A stretch of DNA of 40,904 nucleotides from an uncultured Alphaproteobacteria bacterium (GTDB lineage Bacteria > Pseudomonadota > Alphaproteobacteria > Micropepsales > Micropepsaceae). A program made the translations under genes and the position numbers. The notes beneath the pieces are model-generated. The model did no database searches. It was not told where the DNA came from and saw only the letters and a program-made list of their open reading frames with translations. Positions 1 to 8,656 of this stretch are shown here, in pieces; within the stretch, counting starts at the first letter, position 1, and the number at the start of each line of letters is the position of its first letter. The stretch covers positions 1-40,904 of the forward strand of contig CAIUTH010000322.1 of the NCBI GenBank assembly GCA_903902075.1, written 5' to 3'.

Positions 1-2
1 CG

Positions 3-152
3 CCCGGTTCCTACACCGCCACCGCCACCCTGATCGGCGGCAGCGGCCGTTCCAACAGCGTGAACTTCGGCACCACCGGCAGCGGCCGCCAGAAGGAAAT
101 CACCATCACCTTTGCGCGCACCGCGCCGCCGGCGCCACCCGCCGGTCAGTAA
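3..152 (+). CDS. 3' end of a hypothetical protein (5' part outside the window)
   Basis: Open frame PGSYTATATLIGG...PAPPAGQ ending at TAA 150-152, with strong GC3 codon bias; followed by a terminator hairpin. Confidence 0.65.
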   Translation, partial: PGSYTATATLIGGSGRSNSVNFGTTGSGRQKEITITFARTAPPAPPAGQ

Positions 153-168
153 GTCCGGCGCAACCATC

Positions 169-206
169 AAAAGAAAAAGCCCCGGTGGATTTCTCCACCG
201 GGGCTT
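169..206. terminator. Intrinsic terminator between convergent genes (U-tract on the minus strand, serving the csp gene)
   Basis: AAGCCCCGGTGGA-TTTC-TCCACCGGGGCTT stem-loop preceded by an A-tract. Confidence 0.85.
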
Positions 207-232
207 GATCATTTCAGAACGTCAAACCGTTC

Positions 233-436
233 TTAGACGGCCTTGAGGTTCGAGGCCTTGGCGCCGCGCGCGTCCGGCACGATGTCGAACGAGACCTTCT
301 GGCCTTCGTTCAGCGAGCGCAGACCGGCTGCTTCCACGGCCGTGGCGTGCACGAACACGTCCTTGCCGCCGCCTTCCGGCGCGATGAAGCCAAAACCCTT
401 GGAGGTGTTGAAGAACTTAACGGTTCCGATAGTCAT
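233..436 (-). CDS. cspA: Cold-shock protein (CspA family), 67 aa
   Basis: [18 protein letters not shown]...DVFVH: RNP1/RNP2 motifs of the cold-shock domain; start set at ATG 434-436. Confidence 0.97.
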   Translation of the reverse strand: MTIGTVKFFNTSKGFGFIAPEGGGKDVFVHATAVEAAGLRSLNEGQKVSFDIVPDARGAKASNLKAV

Positions 437-592
437 GGTACTTTTCCTGCATTGATGTCCGCCCGGCAAAATACCGGAACGGAACGGGGCTTTTCGTGTG
501 TCGCAGGGAAGGAAGTTCGACCGTCGTCCAGGCGCGCACTCAAGGCGGGCAGGGATAGGCTAGTGCGCTTCACTGTGACGGGACGTAACTCC
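437..592 (-). promoter_or_regulatory. Long structured csp 5' leader (candidate cspA-type thermoregulator)
   Basis: Paired segments CGTCC/GGACG and GCGCACT/AGTGCGC; block-wise similarity to the leader of the second csp gene (4159-4320). Confidence 0.5.
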
Positions 593-726
593 CACGTGGG
601 CGCGACAATACGCGCAGGTTGCCCTTTGCGCAATGCCGCCGCCCGCCACCCGATTTTGCGGCGCGGCATAAGTGAAGCCCTACATCGCGGCTTTTGTGAC
701 AATTAATCGATTGCGCTGCGGCGCGG

Positions 727-906
727 TTACTCGCGGGGCGAGAAGGCGAAAACGAAGAACACCGCCGCCGCCAGGACCGAGATCGCGCTCAGTGCGCCGA
801 TGCTGGCAAAGCGCCAGACCGGATCGACATGGAACACCTGGAAGAAGGCAGCCACGCCCATGGCGGCCAGCACCAGCCCCAACGCGAAGTCTTTCAACCG
901 CCCCAT
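727..906 (-). CDS. Small two-helix membrane protein
   Basis: MGRLKDFALGLVLAAMGVAAFF...VLAAAVFFVFAFSPRE, two hydrophobic segments; alternative start at 915. Confidence 0.6.
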   Translation of the reverse strand: MGRLKDFALGLVLAAMGVAAFFQVFHVDPVWRFASIGALSAISVLAAAVFFVFAFSPRE

Positions 907-1089
907 GCCCGCCATCCCGTTGCCCGTCGCGATTATAGCAGAGGGCGATACCGTCCAAAACCGCCGACTTGGTACGGTGACCACTGACTACAATCTGTAT
1001 TCAGGCGCGTGGCGTGCTTCGCCCGTTGAAGCCCGTGCGTTTATGGACCGATACTCCCGCCTGCGGGTTTCCAGCGGAGAGGAAAGCGC

Positions 1090-1536
1090 ATGAGCCGGTC
1101 CGACGGGTTCGACTACAAGGCCGTGTTCGACAACACGCCCAGCCTGGTGCTGGTGCTGGATCCCGGTTTCGTCATCGTCGCCCAGAACCGGGCGCACGCC
1201 CTTGCCACCAAGTCGGTCGAACGCGTGCTGGTGGGCCGGAACCTGTTCGAGGCCTTTCCGGAAAATCCTGCCGACTCCGGCGCCGCCGGCTTGTCCCTAT
1301 TGCGCGCCTCGCTGCTGAATGTGCTCAAGACCAGGCAGGCCGACATCATGCCGCCCTTCCGCCACGACGTGCGGGGCGAGCGCGGACCGTTCGAGTCGCG
1401 CTGGTGGACGGTGAGCAACACCCCGATCCTGGGCGATGACGGCTATGTGCGCTGGATCATCAACCGCGCCGAGGACGTGACCGAGATCGTGGACCTGCGC
1501 GAGCGCCTGGCCCAGGCGTTTACAGGCAAGAAATAG
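1090..1536 (+). CDS. Stand-alone PAS-domain protein
   Basis: F(D)NTP.LVLVLD...IV.QN.A, LVGRNLFEAFP, WW.V.NTPI..DDG.V..II...EDVTE: PAS_4-like pattern; RBS GGAGAGG upstream. Confidence 0.85.
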   Translation: MSRSDGFDYKAVFDNTPSLVLVLDPGFVIVAQNRAHALATKSVERVLVGRNLFEAFPENPADSGAAGLSLLRASLLNVLKTRQADIMPPFRHDVRGERGPFESRWWTVSNTPILGDDGYVRWIINRAEDVTEIVDLRERLAQAFTGKK

Positions 1537-1570
1537 TGTTACGGTCTGTTCCAAGAACAGGGACGGCGCC

Positions 1571-1660
1571 ATGACCGTTACGATCTACCACAATCCCGGC
1601 TAGCGACAGCGTATGCCGCCGCGATAGCGGATGTGCGATCAACTCGGTGAAGCAGAATGA
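1571..1660 (+). pseudogene. Duplicated arsC 5' remnant interrupted by a 33-nt hairpin insertion
   Basis: MTVTIYHNP (1571-1597), then 33 nt containing two TAG, then MCD in frame (1631-1639); the intact neighbour reads MSVTIYHNPMCE. Confidence 0.7.
1598..1630 (-). repeat. Double-hairpin module, copy D (core TACGCTGTCGCTA on the minus strand)
   Basis: Plus strand TAGCGACAGCGTA at 1601-1613, enclosed by CGGC/GCCG, with an adjacent CCGC-GATA-GCGG hairpin. Confidence 0.7.
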
Positions 1661-2004
1661 GCGTTACCATCTACCATAACCCGATGTGCGAAACGTCGCG
1701 CAACGCGCTGGCAATCATCCGCGAAAAGGGTATCGAGCCTACCATCATCGAATATCTCAAGACCCCGCTCGACCCGCACGAACTCCGTCACCTGGTGGAC
1801 CGGATGAAGGTGCCGGTGCGCGACATCGTGCGCTGGAAACAGAAAGCCGAAGCCGCCGCCGCCGGCATCAGCGAGACGACCGATGACGACGCCCTGCTTG
1901 CGGCCATGGCCGCCCGCCCGATCCTGATGAACCGGCCTATTGTCGCGACCGACAAGGGGGCAAAGCTGTGCAGGCCGAGCGACAGTGTTAACGAGCTTCT
2001 GTAG
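1657..2004 (+). CDS. arsC: Arsenate reductase (glutaredoxin-type ArsC/Spx family)
   Basis: TIYHNPxCxTSR catalytic motif, IEYLKTP, PILMNRPIV, LCRP. Confidence 0.92.
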   Translation: MSVTIYHNPMCETSRNALAIIREKGIEPTIIEYLKTPLDPHELRHLVDRMKVPVRDIVRWKQKAEAAAAGISETTDDDALLAAMAARPILMNRPIVATDKGAKLCRPSDSVNELL

Positions 2005-2452
2005 CTCTTACTGCCAATATTTCGATTTCACCAAGTGGCTCACTTGCTTTAATGACATCGCTCTCGCGAGCGCCGAGGATCGCTTGGGCCATCGGTGAGC
2101 GGAAGCTGATCTGGCCATTGGCGGCATCGGCCTCATCCACCCCGACGATGCGAAACGTCTGTTCGCGGCCCTTGCGCTGGATGGTGACGGTCGAGCCGAA
2201 GGCGACGGTACCGTTGTTGGAGGGTGTCACCACTTCGGCGCTGCTCTTGCGGATTTCCCAATAGCGTAGGTCGCGCGCCAGGGTCTCGCGCAGCAACACA
2301 TTGGATTCGGATTTCATGCTCGCCTCGATGCGGGCGATATGGGCCTCGATCTGCGCCAAGCCTTCCGGCGTGACGAGGTTCGGTCCTTCGTCCACCATGC
2401 GTTCAGGCGGAGGCGCGGATTCAGAGGTCTCTTTGACGAAGGCTCTCGACAT
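1988..2452 (-). CDS. GreA/GreB-family protein (short N-domain, MSRAFVKE type)
   Basis: C-terminal VAFGSTVTI...FRIVGVDEAD...ISFRSPMAQAILG is the GreA/B C-domain. Confidence 0.88.
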   Translation of the reverse strand: MSRAFVKETSESAPPPERMVDEGPNLVTPEGLAQIEAHIARIEASMKSESNVLLRETLARDLRYWEIRKSSAEVVTPSNNGTVAFGSTVTIQRKGREQTFRIVGVDEADAANGQISFRSPMAQAILGARESDVIKASEPLGEIEILAVRATEAR

Positions 2453-2493
2453 GGTGAGAGCTTAACGCGGCAGGCGCGGGAATGTCTCCCGGC

Positions 2494-2721
2494 TCAAGCC
2501 GCGGTGGCGCTGATCTGCTGGTGCTGCCCGGTCAGGTAATCGTCGATATCGCCCACGGTCTTGTTGAGGTCGCCGCCGCTGATGCCCTGGGCGCGGGCAT
2601 CGCCCGTCAGGTCCGAGGCCCACTTGTCCACCTCGGCCGGCAGGGTCAGCTCAGGCACCAGGTGCACGTTGCGCGCCACCCAGTCCCGCACAAAGGTCTC
2701 GATTTCCGACTTGCTGCGCAT
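2494..2721 (-). CDS. Small hypothetical protein, DUF768-like
   Basis: F..W...N...A..L..DA...GI...L....GD pattern resembles small alphaproteobacterial DUF768 proteins; good codon bias. Confidence 0.65.
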   Translation of the reverse strand: MRSKSEIETFVRDWVARNVHLVPELTLPAEVDKWASDLTGDARAQGISGGDLNKTVGDIDDYLTGQHQQISATAA

Positions 2722-2805
2722 TTCGCGAATCCCTTGCTCGAATCAATTAAGTACGCCCAAGCGACTCGCGGCGCTACCGCAATCGCCACTGTACGCTGGG
2801 CCGGT

Positions 2806-3657
2806 TCAGGCCTGTTCGGTAACGCGAACCGCCACGGTCAGGCGCGCCGCCCCGGCGCCGATGAAGCTGCCGGCGACCGGCATGGCCTGGGCCAGGTCGC
2901 GCGCCACCGCCACCGGGATCAGGTTGAAGCTGCCCATCTGGCGGTTGGTGGGATCAAAGCTGATCCAGCCAGCGCCCGGCACGAAGACTTCCGCCCAGGC
3001 ATGGGTGGTGCTGTCGGTGTCGGCAAGCGCCGGGTTGAACAGATAGCCGGACACCACGCGGGCGCCAAAGCCCAGCAGGCGGGCGGCCTCCACGAACAGC
3101 ACGGCAAAGTCGCGGCACGAGCCACGGCCCATGTCCAGCGTGCGGCCGGGCGGCTGGGTGCCTTCATCCTCGCGCGCCTGGTAGCTGGCGGTGCCGGTGA
3201 TGCCGGCATTCAGGTCTTTCAGCAGTGCCAGCGTGTCGGTGGGATTGGAGCGCACGAAGCCGGCAACCCAGGCCGACAGACGGCCCATGGGATCGTCATA
3301 TTGCGGCGACAGCAGCGCGCCCAAATCGGTGCGCTCTTCCGGCGAATAGGAAAAGGGATAATTGATCGCGCTGGCGGCGATGGGAAACACCGGCCAGGCG
3401 GCGCTGCTGTGTTCCAGGCTGGCGGCGCTGTCGATCACCAGCCGGTCAGCCGGCTTGTCGAAGGTGACGGTGGCGATGGCGTTGCCGAACACATCCTGCG
3501 ACCAGCTGATCGTGCTGGGCGGGGTGGTGGTGATCTGGTGGGTGAGCAGCTTGAGGTCGCGGCTTTCGCGCGGGCGCAGCATCAGCCGGTGCGGGCCAAG
3601 TGTGACGGGCTGGCTGTACTGGTATTCGGTGCGATGGGTAATCGAGAAACGCGTCAA
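2806..3657 (-). CDS. Transglutaminase-like protein
   Basis: N-terminal I.HRTEY.Y...LMLRPR domain; catalytic triad motifs GSCRDFA, HAWAEV, FDPTN. Confidence 0.93.
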   Translation of the reverse strand: MTRFSITHRTEYQYSQPVTLGPHRLMLRPRESRDLKLLTHQITTTPPSTISWSQDVFGNAIATVTFDKPADRLVIDSAASLEHSSAAWPVFPIAASAINYPFSYSPEERTDLGALLSPQYDDPMGRLSAWVAGFVRSNPTDTLALLKDLNAGITGTASYQAREDEGTQPPGRTLDMGRGSCRDFAVLFVEAARLLGFGARVVSGYLFNPALADTDSTTHAWAEVFVPGAGWISFDPTNRQMGSFNLIPVAVARDLAQAMPVAGSFIGAGAARLTVAVRVTEQA

Positions 3658-3660
3658 GGA

Positions 3661-3900
3661 TCAGACGGCGCGCTTGACGCGTGTCTTGGGCGTCGCGGGC
3701 GGGGCGTTCTCGGCATCGATGCGGGCGGTTTCGGCGTCCGCGGCTTCCTTCTCCAGGCGCTGGGCCTTGAGGCGGATCGTCTTGGCGTCGTTATGGGCGC
3801 GTTCGGCGTCCATTTCCTGCTTCACCAGCGTCTTGCGGTCTTCCCAGGTCTGGAAGATGCCTTGCGCGGTGCGGCGGGCGGTTTCGGTCTTGTTGGCCAT
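3661..3900 (-). CDS. Small csp-associated hypothetical protein
   Basis: AKTIRLKAQRLEKEA motif typical of small proteins encoded next to alphaproteobacterial csp genes. Confidence 0.75.
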   Translation of the reverse strand: MANKTETARRTAQGIFQTWEDRKTLVKQEMDAERAHNDAKTIRLKAQRLEKEAADAETARIDAENAPPATPKTRVKRAV

Positions 3901-3911
3901 GATCTGCTTTC

Positions 3912-3951
3912 AAAAATGGGGCGGCGCGCAGAATGCACGCCGCCCCGCTTT
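3912..3951 (-). terminator. Hairpin with U-tract downstream of the second csp gene
   Basis: Minus strand GGGGCGGCGTGCA-TTC-TGCGCGCCGCCCC followed by ATTTTT. Confidence 0.6.
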
Positions 3952-3954
3952 GTC

Positions 3955-4158
3955 TTAGGCTTCCGACAGGTTGGCAGCCTTGGCGCCGCGCGCGTCCGGC
4001 ACCACGTCGAAGTTGACCTTCTGGCCTTCGTTCAGCGTACGCATGCCGGCAGCTTCAACGGCCGAGGCGTGCACGAACACGTCCTTGCCGCCGCCTTCCG
4101 GCGAAATGAAACCAAAACCCTTGGTGGAATTGAAAAACTTCACGGTTCCGATGGTCAT
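3955..4158 (-). CDS. cspA: Cold-shock protein (CspA family), second paralogue
   Basis: [30 protein letters not shown]; near-identical to 233-436. Confidence 0.97.
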   Translation of the reverse strand: MTIGTVKFFNSTKGFGFISPEGGGKDVFVHASAVEAAGMRTLNEGQKVNFDVVPDARGAKAANLSEA

Positions 4159-4422
4159 AATGATTGTTCCTTTGGTCATCGGGTTCCGTCCAGGCGAAAT
4201 GCCGGGACGGCCGTGGTAACAAGTAGTCTGATCGAGGGAAGTTTTTCGGTGCGTCCGGCGCGCCTCGGTGAAGAGGGCAGGTCAGAAAGACTGAAAGCGC
4301 TTCGTCTGACTTAGGACGCAAGAACCACGTGATCCCTCATATAGGTGCAAAAGCCCTAAATAACAATGCTTTCCGGCCATGCGCTGCCGCGGTTACCAAT
4401 ATTAGTCCATTGGAACAGTGGC

Positions 4423-6810
4423 TTACCGCGCGCGACTGCCGAAGGTTTTTGGAACGTTCGGACGGCCCGCCCGCTGCAAACGCTTTCGCCCGCCCTTGCC
4501 CGGGATCGGCTTGGACGGGCTGTCGCCGGTCGAATAGGTGATCTCGGCGTCCAGGTTCGCGCGTGCCACGTCGCTCTGGCGGGCAAAGGGATCATCGGCA
4601 ATCGCCAGCGCCGTGGACTGCAGCCGCTTGAGCTCGTCGCGCAGCCGCGCGGCCTCCTCGAACTCCAGGTCGGCGGCGGCGGTGCGCATCTTCTTCTCGA
4701 TGTCGGCGATGATCGCCTTGATGTTGTGGCCGACAAACTCGCGGCCCGGCTCGGCCAGCGCCCCGCCATCCACCGTGACATGGTCGCGCTCATACATCGA
4801 ACCCATGATGTCGCTGATGCGGGACTTCACGCTGGCTGGGGTGATGCCGTTTTCCTTGTTGTAGGCTTCCTGCTTGGCGCGGCGGCGGCCCGTCTCGGCC
4901 ATGGCGCGCTCCATCGAGCCTGTGATGCGGTCGGCATACAGGATCACCTTGCCATCCACGTTGCGCGCGGCGCGGCCGATGGTCTGCACCAGCGAGGTCT
5001 CGCTGCGCAGGAAACCTTCCTTGTCGGCATCCAGGATGGCGACAAGCCCGCATTCGGGGATGTCCAACCCTTCGCGCAGCAGGTTGATGCCGATCAGCAC
5101 GTCGAACGCGCCCAGGCGAAGGTCGCGAATGATCTCGATGCGCTCCAGGGTTTCCACGTCGCTGTGCATGTAGCGCACCCGGATGCCCTGTTCGTGCATG
5201 TATTCGGTCAGGTCCTCGGCCATCTTCTTGGTCAATGTGGTGACCAGCACGCGATAGCCGCGCTTGGCGATCAGGTGACATTCGGCGATCAAATCATCGA
5301 CCTGGCTTTCCACCGGGCGGATTTCCACCGGCGGATCGATCAGGCCGGTGGGGCGAATGACCTGTTCTGTGAAGACGCCGCCGGTGCGCTCCAGCTCCCA
5401 GTTTCCCGGCGTGGCGCTGACATAGATGGACTGGGGCCGCATCGCGTCCCACTCCTCGAACTTCAGCGGCCGGTTGTCGATGCACGAAGGCAGGCGGAAG
5501 CCGTATTCGGCAAGCGTGAACTTGCGGCGATAGTCGCCTTTGTACATGGCCCCGATCTGCGGCACGCTGACATGGCTTTCATCGGCGAACACCAGCGCAT
5601 TGTCGGGCAGGTATTCGAACAGGGTGGGCGGCGGCTCGCCGGCCTTGCGGCCCGTCAGCCAGCGCGAATAATTCTCGATGCCGGCGCAACTGCCGGTGGC
5701 CTCGATCATCTCCAGGTCGAAGGTGCAGCGCTGTTCCAGGCGCTGGGCTTCCAGCAATTTTCCCTTGGCGCGGAAGTCGGCCAGGGTGGTGACAAGCTCG
5801 GCCTTGATGCCCTTCATCGCCTGCTGCAGCGTGGGGCGCGGCGTCACATAATGGCTGTTGGCGTAGATCTTGATCGCATCCAGCACCCCGGCCTTGTGGC
5901 CGGTCAGGGGGTCGAACTCGGTGATGTTGTCGACGGTGTCGCCGAACAGCTCGACGCGCCAGGCGCGGTCTTCCTGGTGCGCCGGGAAAATGTCGATCGT
6001 GTCGCCGCGCACCCGGAAGGCGCCGCGGGTGAAATTGTCGTCGTTGCGCCGGTATTGCAGCGCCACCAGGCTCTGGATCGCCGCCTGCCGGTCGATCCTG
6101 TCGCCGCGCGCGATGCCCACGGCGGTGCCGGAGTAAGTCTCGACCGAGCCGATGCCGTAGATGCAGGACACCGACGCCACGATGATGACGTCGTCGCGTT
6201 CCAGGATCGCCCGCGTCGCCGAATGGCGCATGCGGTCGATCTCCTCGTTCAGCGAGGAATCCTTTTCGATATAGGTGTCGGTGCGCGGGATATAGGCTTC
6301 GGGCTGGTAGTAGTCGTAATAGCTGACGAAATACTCCACCGCGTTTTCGGGAAAGAAGGTCTTGAACTCGCTGTAGAGCTGCGCCGCCAGGGTCTTGTTG
6401 GGCGCCAGGATCAAAGCGGGGCGCTGGGTGGCCTCGATGATCTTGGCCATGGTGAAGGTCTTGCCCGACCCGGTGACGCCCAAAAGCACCTGGTCGCGCT
6501 CGTTGGCGTTGACCCCCGCCACCAGCTCCGGGATGGCGGTGCGCTGGTCGCCGGCCGGCTCATAGTCGCTGACCAGCTTGAACCTCTTGCCGCCCTCGGA
6601 CTTTGGCGGGCGGGCCGGGCGGTGGGGCACGAACTCGCTGATGGGAACCGTGACATAGGCCGGGTCGATGGCCTCTTCGGTCGGTGCGACCGTGCCCATA
6701 GCCAGGGGCATCTTGTCCACCGCCGCCTGGAACTTGGCGGCGTTGTCCGACATGCCTTTTGGAGCACGCGTCTTCTTGGAGCGGGGGACCATGCCGTTAT
6801 TGTGGGCCAT
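4423..6810 (-). CDS. uvrB: Excinuclease ABC subunit B
   Basis: GVTGSGKT Walker [15 protein letters not shown] beta-hairpin, [23 protein letters not shown]-terminal [15 protein letters not shown] domain. Confidence 0.99.
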   Translation of the reverse strand: MAHNNGMVPRSKKTRAPKGMSDNAAKFQAAVDKMPLAMGTVAPTEEAIDPAYVTVPISEFVPHRPARPPKSEGGKRFKLVSDYEPAGDQRTAIPELVAGVNANERDQVLLGVTGSGKTFTMAKIIEATQRPALILAPNKTLAAQLYSEFKTFFPENAVEYFVSYYDYYQPEAYIPRTDTYIEKDSSLNEEIDRMRHSATRAILERDDVIIVASVSCIYGIGSVETYSGTAVGIARGDRIDRQAAIQSLVALQYRRNDDNFTRGAFRVRGDTIDIFPAHQEDRAWRVELFGDTVDNITEFDPLTGHKAGVLDAIKIYANSHYVTPRPTLQQAMKGIKAELVTTLADFRAKGKLLEAQRLEQRCTFDLEMIEATGSCAGIENYSRWLTGRKAGEPPPTLFEYLPDNALVFADESHVSVPQIGAMYKGDYRRKFTLAEYGFRLPSCIDNRPLKFEEWDAMRPQSIYVSATPGNWELERTGGVFTEQVIRPTGLIDPPVEIRPVESQVDDLIAECHLIAKRGYRVLVTTLTKKMAEDLTEYMHEQGIRVRYMHSDVETLERIEIIRDLRLGAFDVLIGINLLREGLDIPECGLVAILDADKEGFLRSETSLVQTIGRAARNVDGKVILYADRITGSMERAMAETGRRRAKQEAYNKENGITPASVKSRISDIMGSMYERDHVTVDGGALAEPGREFVGHNIKAIIADIEKKMRTAAADLEFEEAARLRDELKRLQSTALAIADDPFARQSDVARANLDAEITYSTGDSPSKPIPGKGGRKRLQRAGRPNVPKTFGSRAR

Positions 6811-6908
6811 GGCGGTAATATAGGAGTGCCGCGGGGCTTTTGCAGGGTTTTTGCCTCGTTTTCGGCCTGATTTCTGACTATGAAACTCACATTCAAAGGG
6901 GGTGGAAC

Positions 6909-7454
6909 ATGCATCAACGCAACATGATCGAGACCGTGCTGGAACAGACCCTGTTCAAGTCGCGCTGGCTGCTGGCGCCCTTTTATCTGGGCATGGTGGC
7001 GTCGCTGGTGATGCTGCTGGCCGCCTTTGTGGCTGAACTGATCCATGCCTTCCCCGAGGCGATGAACCTGTCGTCGGTGGATCCTGAAAAGGTGATCTTG
7101 GCGGTGCTGGGGATGATCGACCTGTCGCTGGCCGGCAACCTGGTGGTGATCGTGATCTTCTCCGGCTACGAGAATTTCGTCTCCAAGATCAACACCGAGA
7201 ATGCCGAGGACCGTCCCGGCTGGATGGGAACCCTGGATTTCTCGGGCCTGAAAATGAAGCTGATCGGCTCCATCGTGGCGATTTCCGCCATTTCGCTGCT
7301 GCGCGCCTTCATGACCCTGACCGAGGATGGCGCGCATCTGGACGAGGCCAAGCTGCGCTGGATGCTGATGCTGCACCTGACCTTCGTGGTGTCAGGCTTG
7401 CTGTTCGCCGCCATGGACTGGATTGGGAACAGGGCGGAAAAACCGCACGAATAA
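6909..7454 (+). CDS. UPF0114/YqhA (TIGR00645) membrane protein
   Basis: [43 protein letters not shown]. Confidence 0.92.
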   Translation: MHQRNMIETVLEQTLFKSRWLLAPFYLGMVASLVMLLAAFVAELIHAFPEAMNLSSVDPEKVILAVLGMIDLSLAGNLVVIVIFSGYENFVSKINTENAEDRPGWMGTLDFSGLKMKLIGSIVAISAISLLRAFMTLTEDGAHLDEAKLRWMLMLHLTFVVSGLLFAAMDWIGNRAEKPHE

Positions 7455-7457
7455 AAC

Positions 7458-7489
7458 AAAAGGGCCGCCCCATCGGGGCGGCCCTTTTT
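7458..7489. terminator. Bidirectional intrinsic terminator
   Basis: AAAAGGGCCGCCCC-ATC-GGGGCGGCCCTTTTT between convergent genes. Confidence 0.9.
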
Positions 7490-7507
7490 CATTTCCGTAA
7501 GACGAAC

Positions 7508-7888
7508 TTACTTGGCAGCAGCAACCGCGTCGGCCGTATCCTTGGCGGCCTTCTGCACGGTGGCCAGGTCGGTCGAGCCCACTCCGGTCTTGGCGGAAGC
7601 GGCGATCTTGGTCAGCTTGGCTTTCTGGGCCGCGTCGGTGGTGTCGGCGATGGCGCCATTGCCGGCCTTGCCGCAGGGGTTGCCGGCGGAGGCGTCAAAG
7701 CCGGTGCCGCTGGGGCCGACCAGGCAGTTCACCGCATGCTGCAGGTGCTTTTGCGCCATGGCGATGTCGGCCTGGGTGGCGGCCATGCCGGCATGGGTCT
7801 GGGCGGTGGCCAGTTCGCCGGCCAGGTCGGCAAGGGCGGGGGTGGCAAACAGTGCGGCGGCACCGGCCAGCATGATCAGTTTCTTCAT
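7508..7888 (-). CDS. Secreted alanine-rich helical protein with a Cys pair
   Basis: Signal peptide MKKLIMLAGAAALFATPALA; HLQHAVNCLVG...GNPC; RBS AAAGGA. Confidence 0.85.
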   Translation of the reverse strand: MKKLIMLAGAAALFATPALADLAGELATAQTHAGMAATQADIAMAQKHLQHAVNCLVGPSGTGFDASAGNPCGKAGNGAIADTTDAAQKAKLTKIAASAKTGVGSTDLATVQKAAKDTADAVAAAK

Positions 7889-7969
7889 GGGGTTTCCTTT
7901 TGGATCTCAAAGAATTGGGGCGCACGGGATATTCCCATGCGCCCCAAAGCTTACTCCGATTGGGAGGCT

Positions 7970-8596
7970 TTACCAGATGGAAGCAAGGTTCCGGCGCAGG
8001 GCCTGAGCTTCCGGGCCGGTGGCCGGAACCGCATTCAGTTCCTTGTCCTGCTTGATGATGGTGCCGTTGAAGGTCAGGCCGCCATAGGCGCCGGTGCCCG
8101 AGGCCCAGACCACCATGTCGCCGCCATGGGTGGTGGTGGCGCCTTCGGCGGCGCTGGACAGGGTGACGACGGTGATGCCCGCGCCCGCGCCCAGTTTCAG
8201 CTCGCCCTTTTCAATGCCGCGCAGGGCGCGCTTGGAATTGATGATGAACACCAGCTTGGCCTGTTCCAGGCCGATCTGGAGGCCGAAGCTGGCCGAACCC
8301 ATGTCATAGAAACGCGGGGTGCTCCAGCCGCGGCCGGTGCGGTGCAACAGAACACCCTCGCCGCCTTCGGCGCCGAAGATGAAGCCGGCCTTGACCAGCT
8401 TGGGCACGATGTAGATCGCTTCGGCGCCCTGCAGCATGTTGCGGGCGGTGCCGAAGGCCGGGTCATGGCGCAGGTCGTTCACGACCTCATTGGCGTTGCG
8501 CAAGAGTTCACCCTTTTCGGTGGCCTGGGCGGGCAGGGCGAAGGCAAGGGTTGTGAGGGCGGCAATGGAAGCCAGCCGGGTCAATGACTTGAACAT
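7970..8596 (-). CDS. SYLF/Ysc84 lipid-binding domain protein, secreted
   Basis: Signal peptide; P.LVKAGFIFGAEGGEGVL, WS.P.F, S.GLQIG, G.YGGL. Confidence 0.9.
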   Translation of the reverse strand: MFKSLTRLASIAALTTLAFALPAQATEKGELLRNANEVVNDLRHDPAFGTARNMLQGAEAIYIVPKLVKAGFIFGAEGGEGVLLHRTGRGWSTPRFYDMGSASFGLQIGLEQAKLVFIINSKRALRGIEKGELKLGAGAGITVVTLSSAAEGATTTHGGDMVVWASGTGAYGGLTFNGTIIKQDKELNAVPATGPEAQALRRNLASIW

Positions 8597-8631
8597 TTCG
8601 AAATTATCCTTTTGGGGGTCTATGCGGCAGT

Positions 8632-8656
8632 AACGCCGTCTGGGCCCGAAGGTTCC
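8632..8656 (-). promoter_or_regulatory. Sigma-EcfG (general stress response) type promoter
   Basis: Minus strand GGAAC-N16-CGTT, 35 nt upstream of the SYLF start codon. Confidence 0.7.

Noticed and set aside
1601-1603. TAG at the position of the ArsC catalytic Cys followed by a hairpin: possible selenocysteine or pyrrolysine recoding
   Set aside because: Sec uses TGA; a second TAG follows at 1625; the downstream frame is not ArsC-like and is out of frame with the intact gene. Insertion explains it better.
2482-4314. 610-aa plus-strand ORF
   Set aside because: Antisense shadow of four real minus-strand genes; no motifs; expected in high-GC DNA.
4366-6870. 834-aa plus-strand ORF
   Set aside because: Antisense shadow of uvrB. 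The same applies to 17389-18972, 19400-21040, 33149-34837, 37528-39069 and 38894-40384.
6811-6908. SOS (LexA) box upstream of uvrB
   Set aside because: No GTTC-N7-GTTC or GAAC-N7-GAAC in the spacer.
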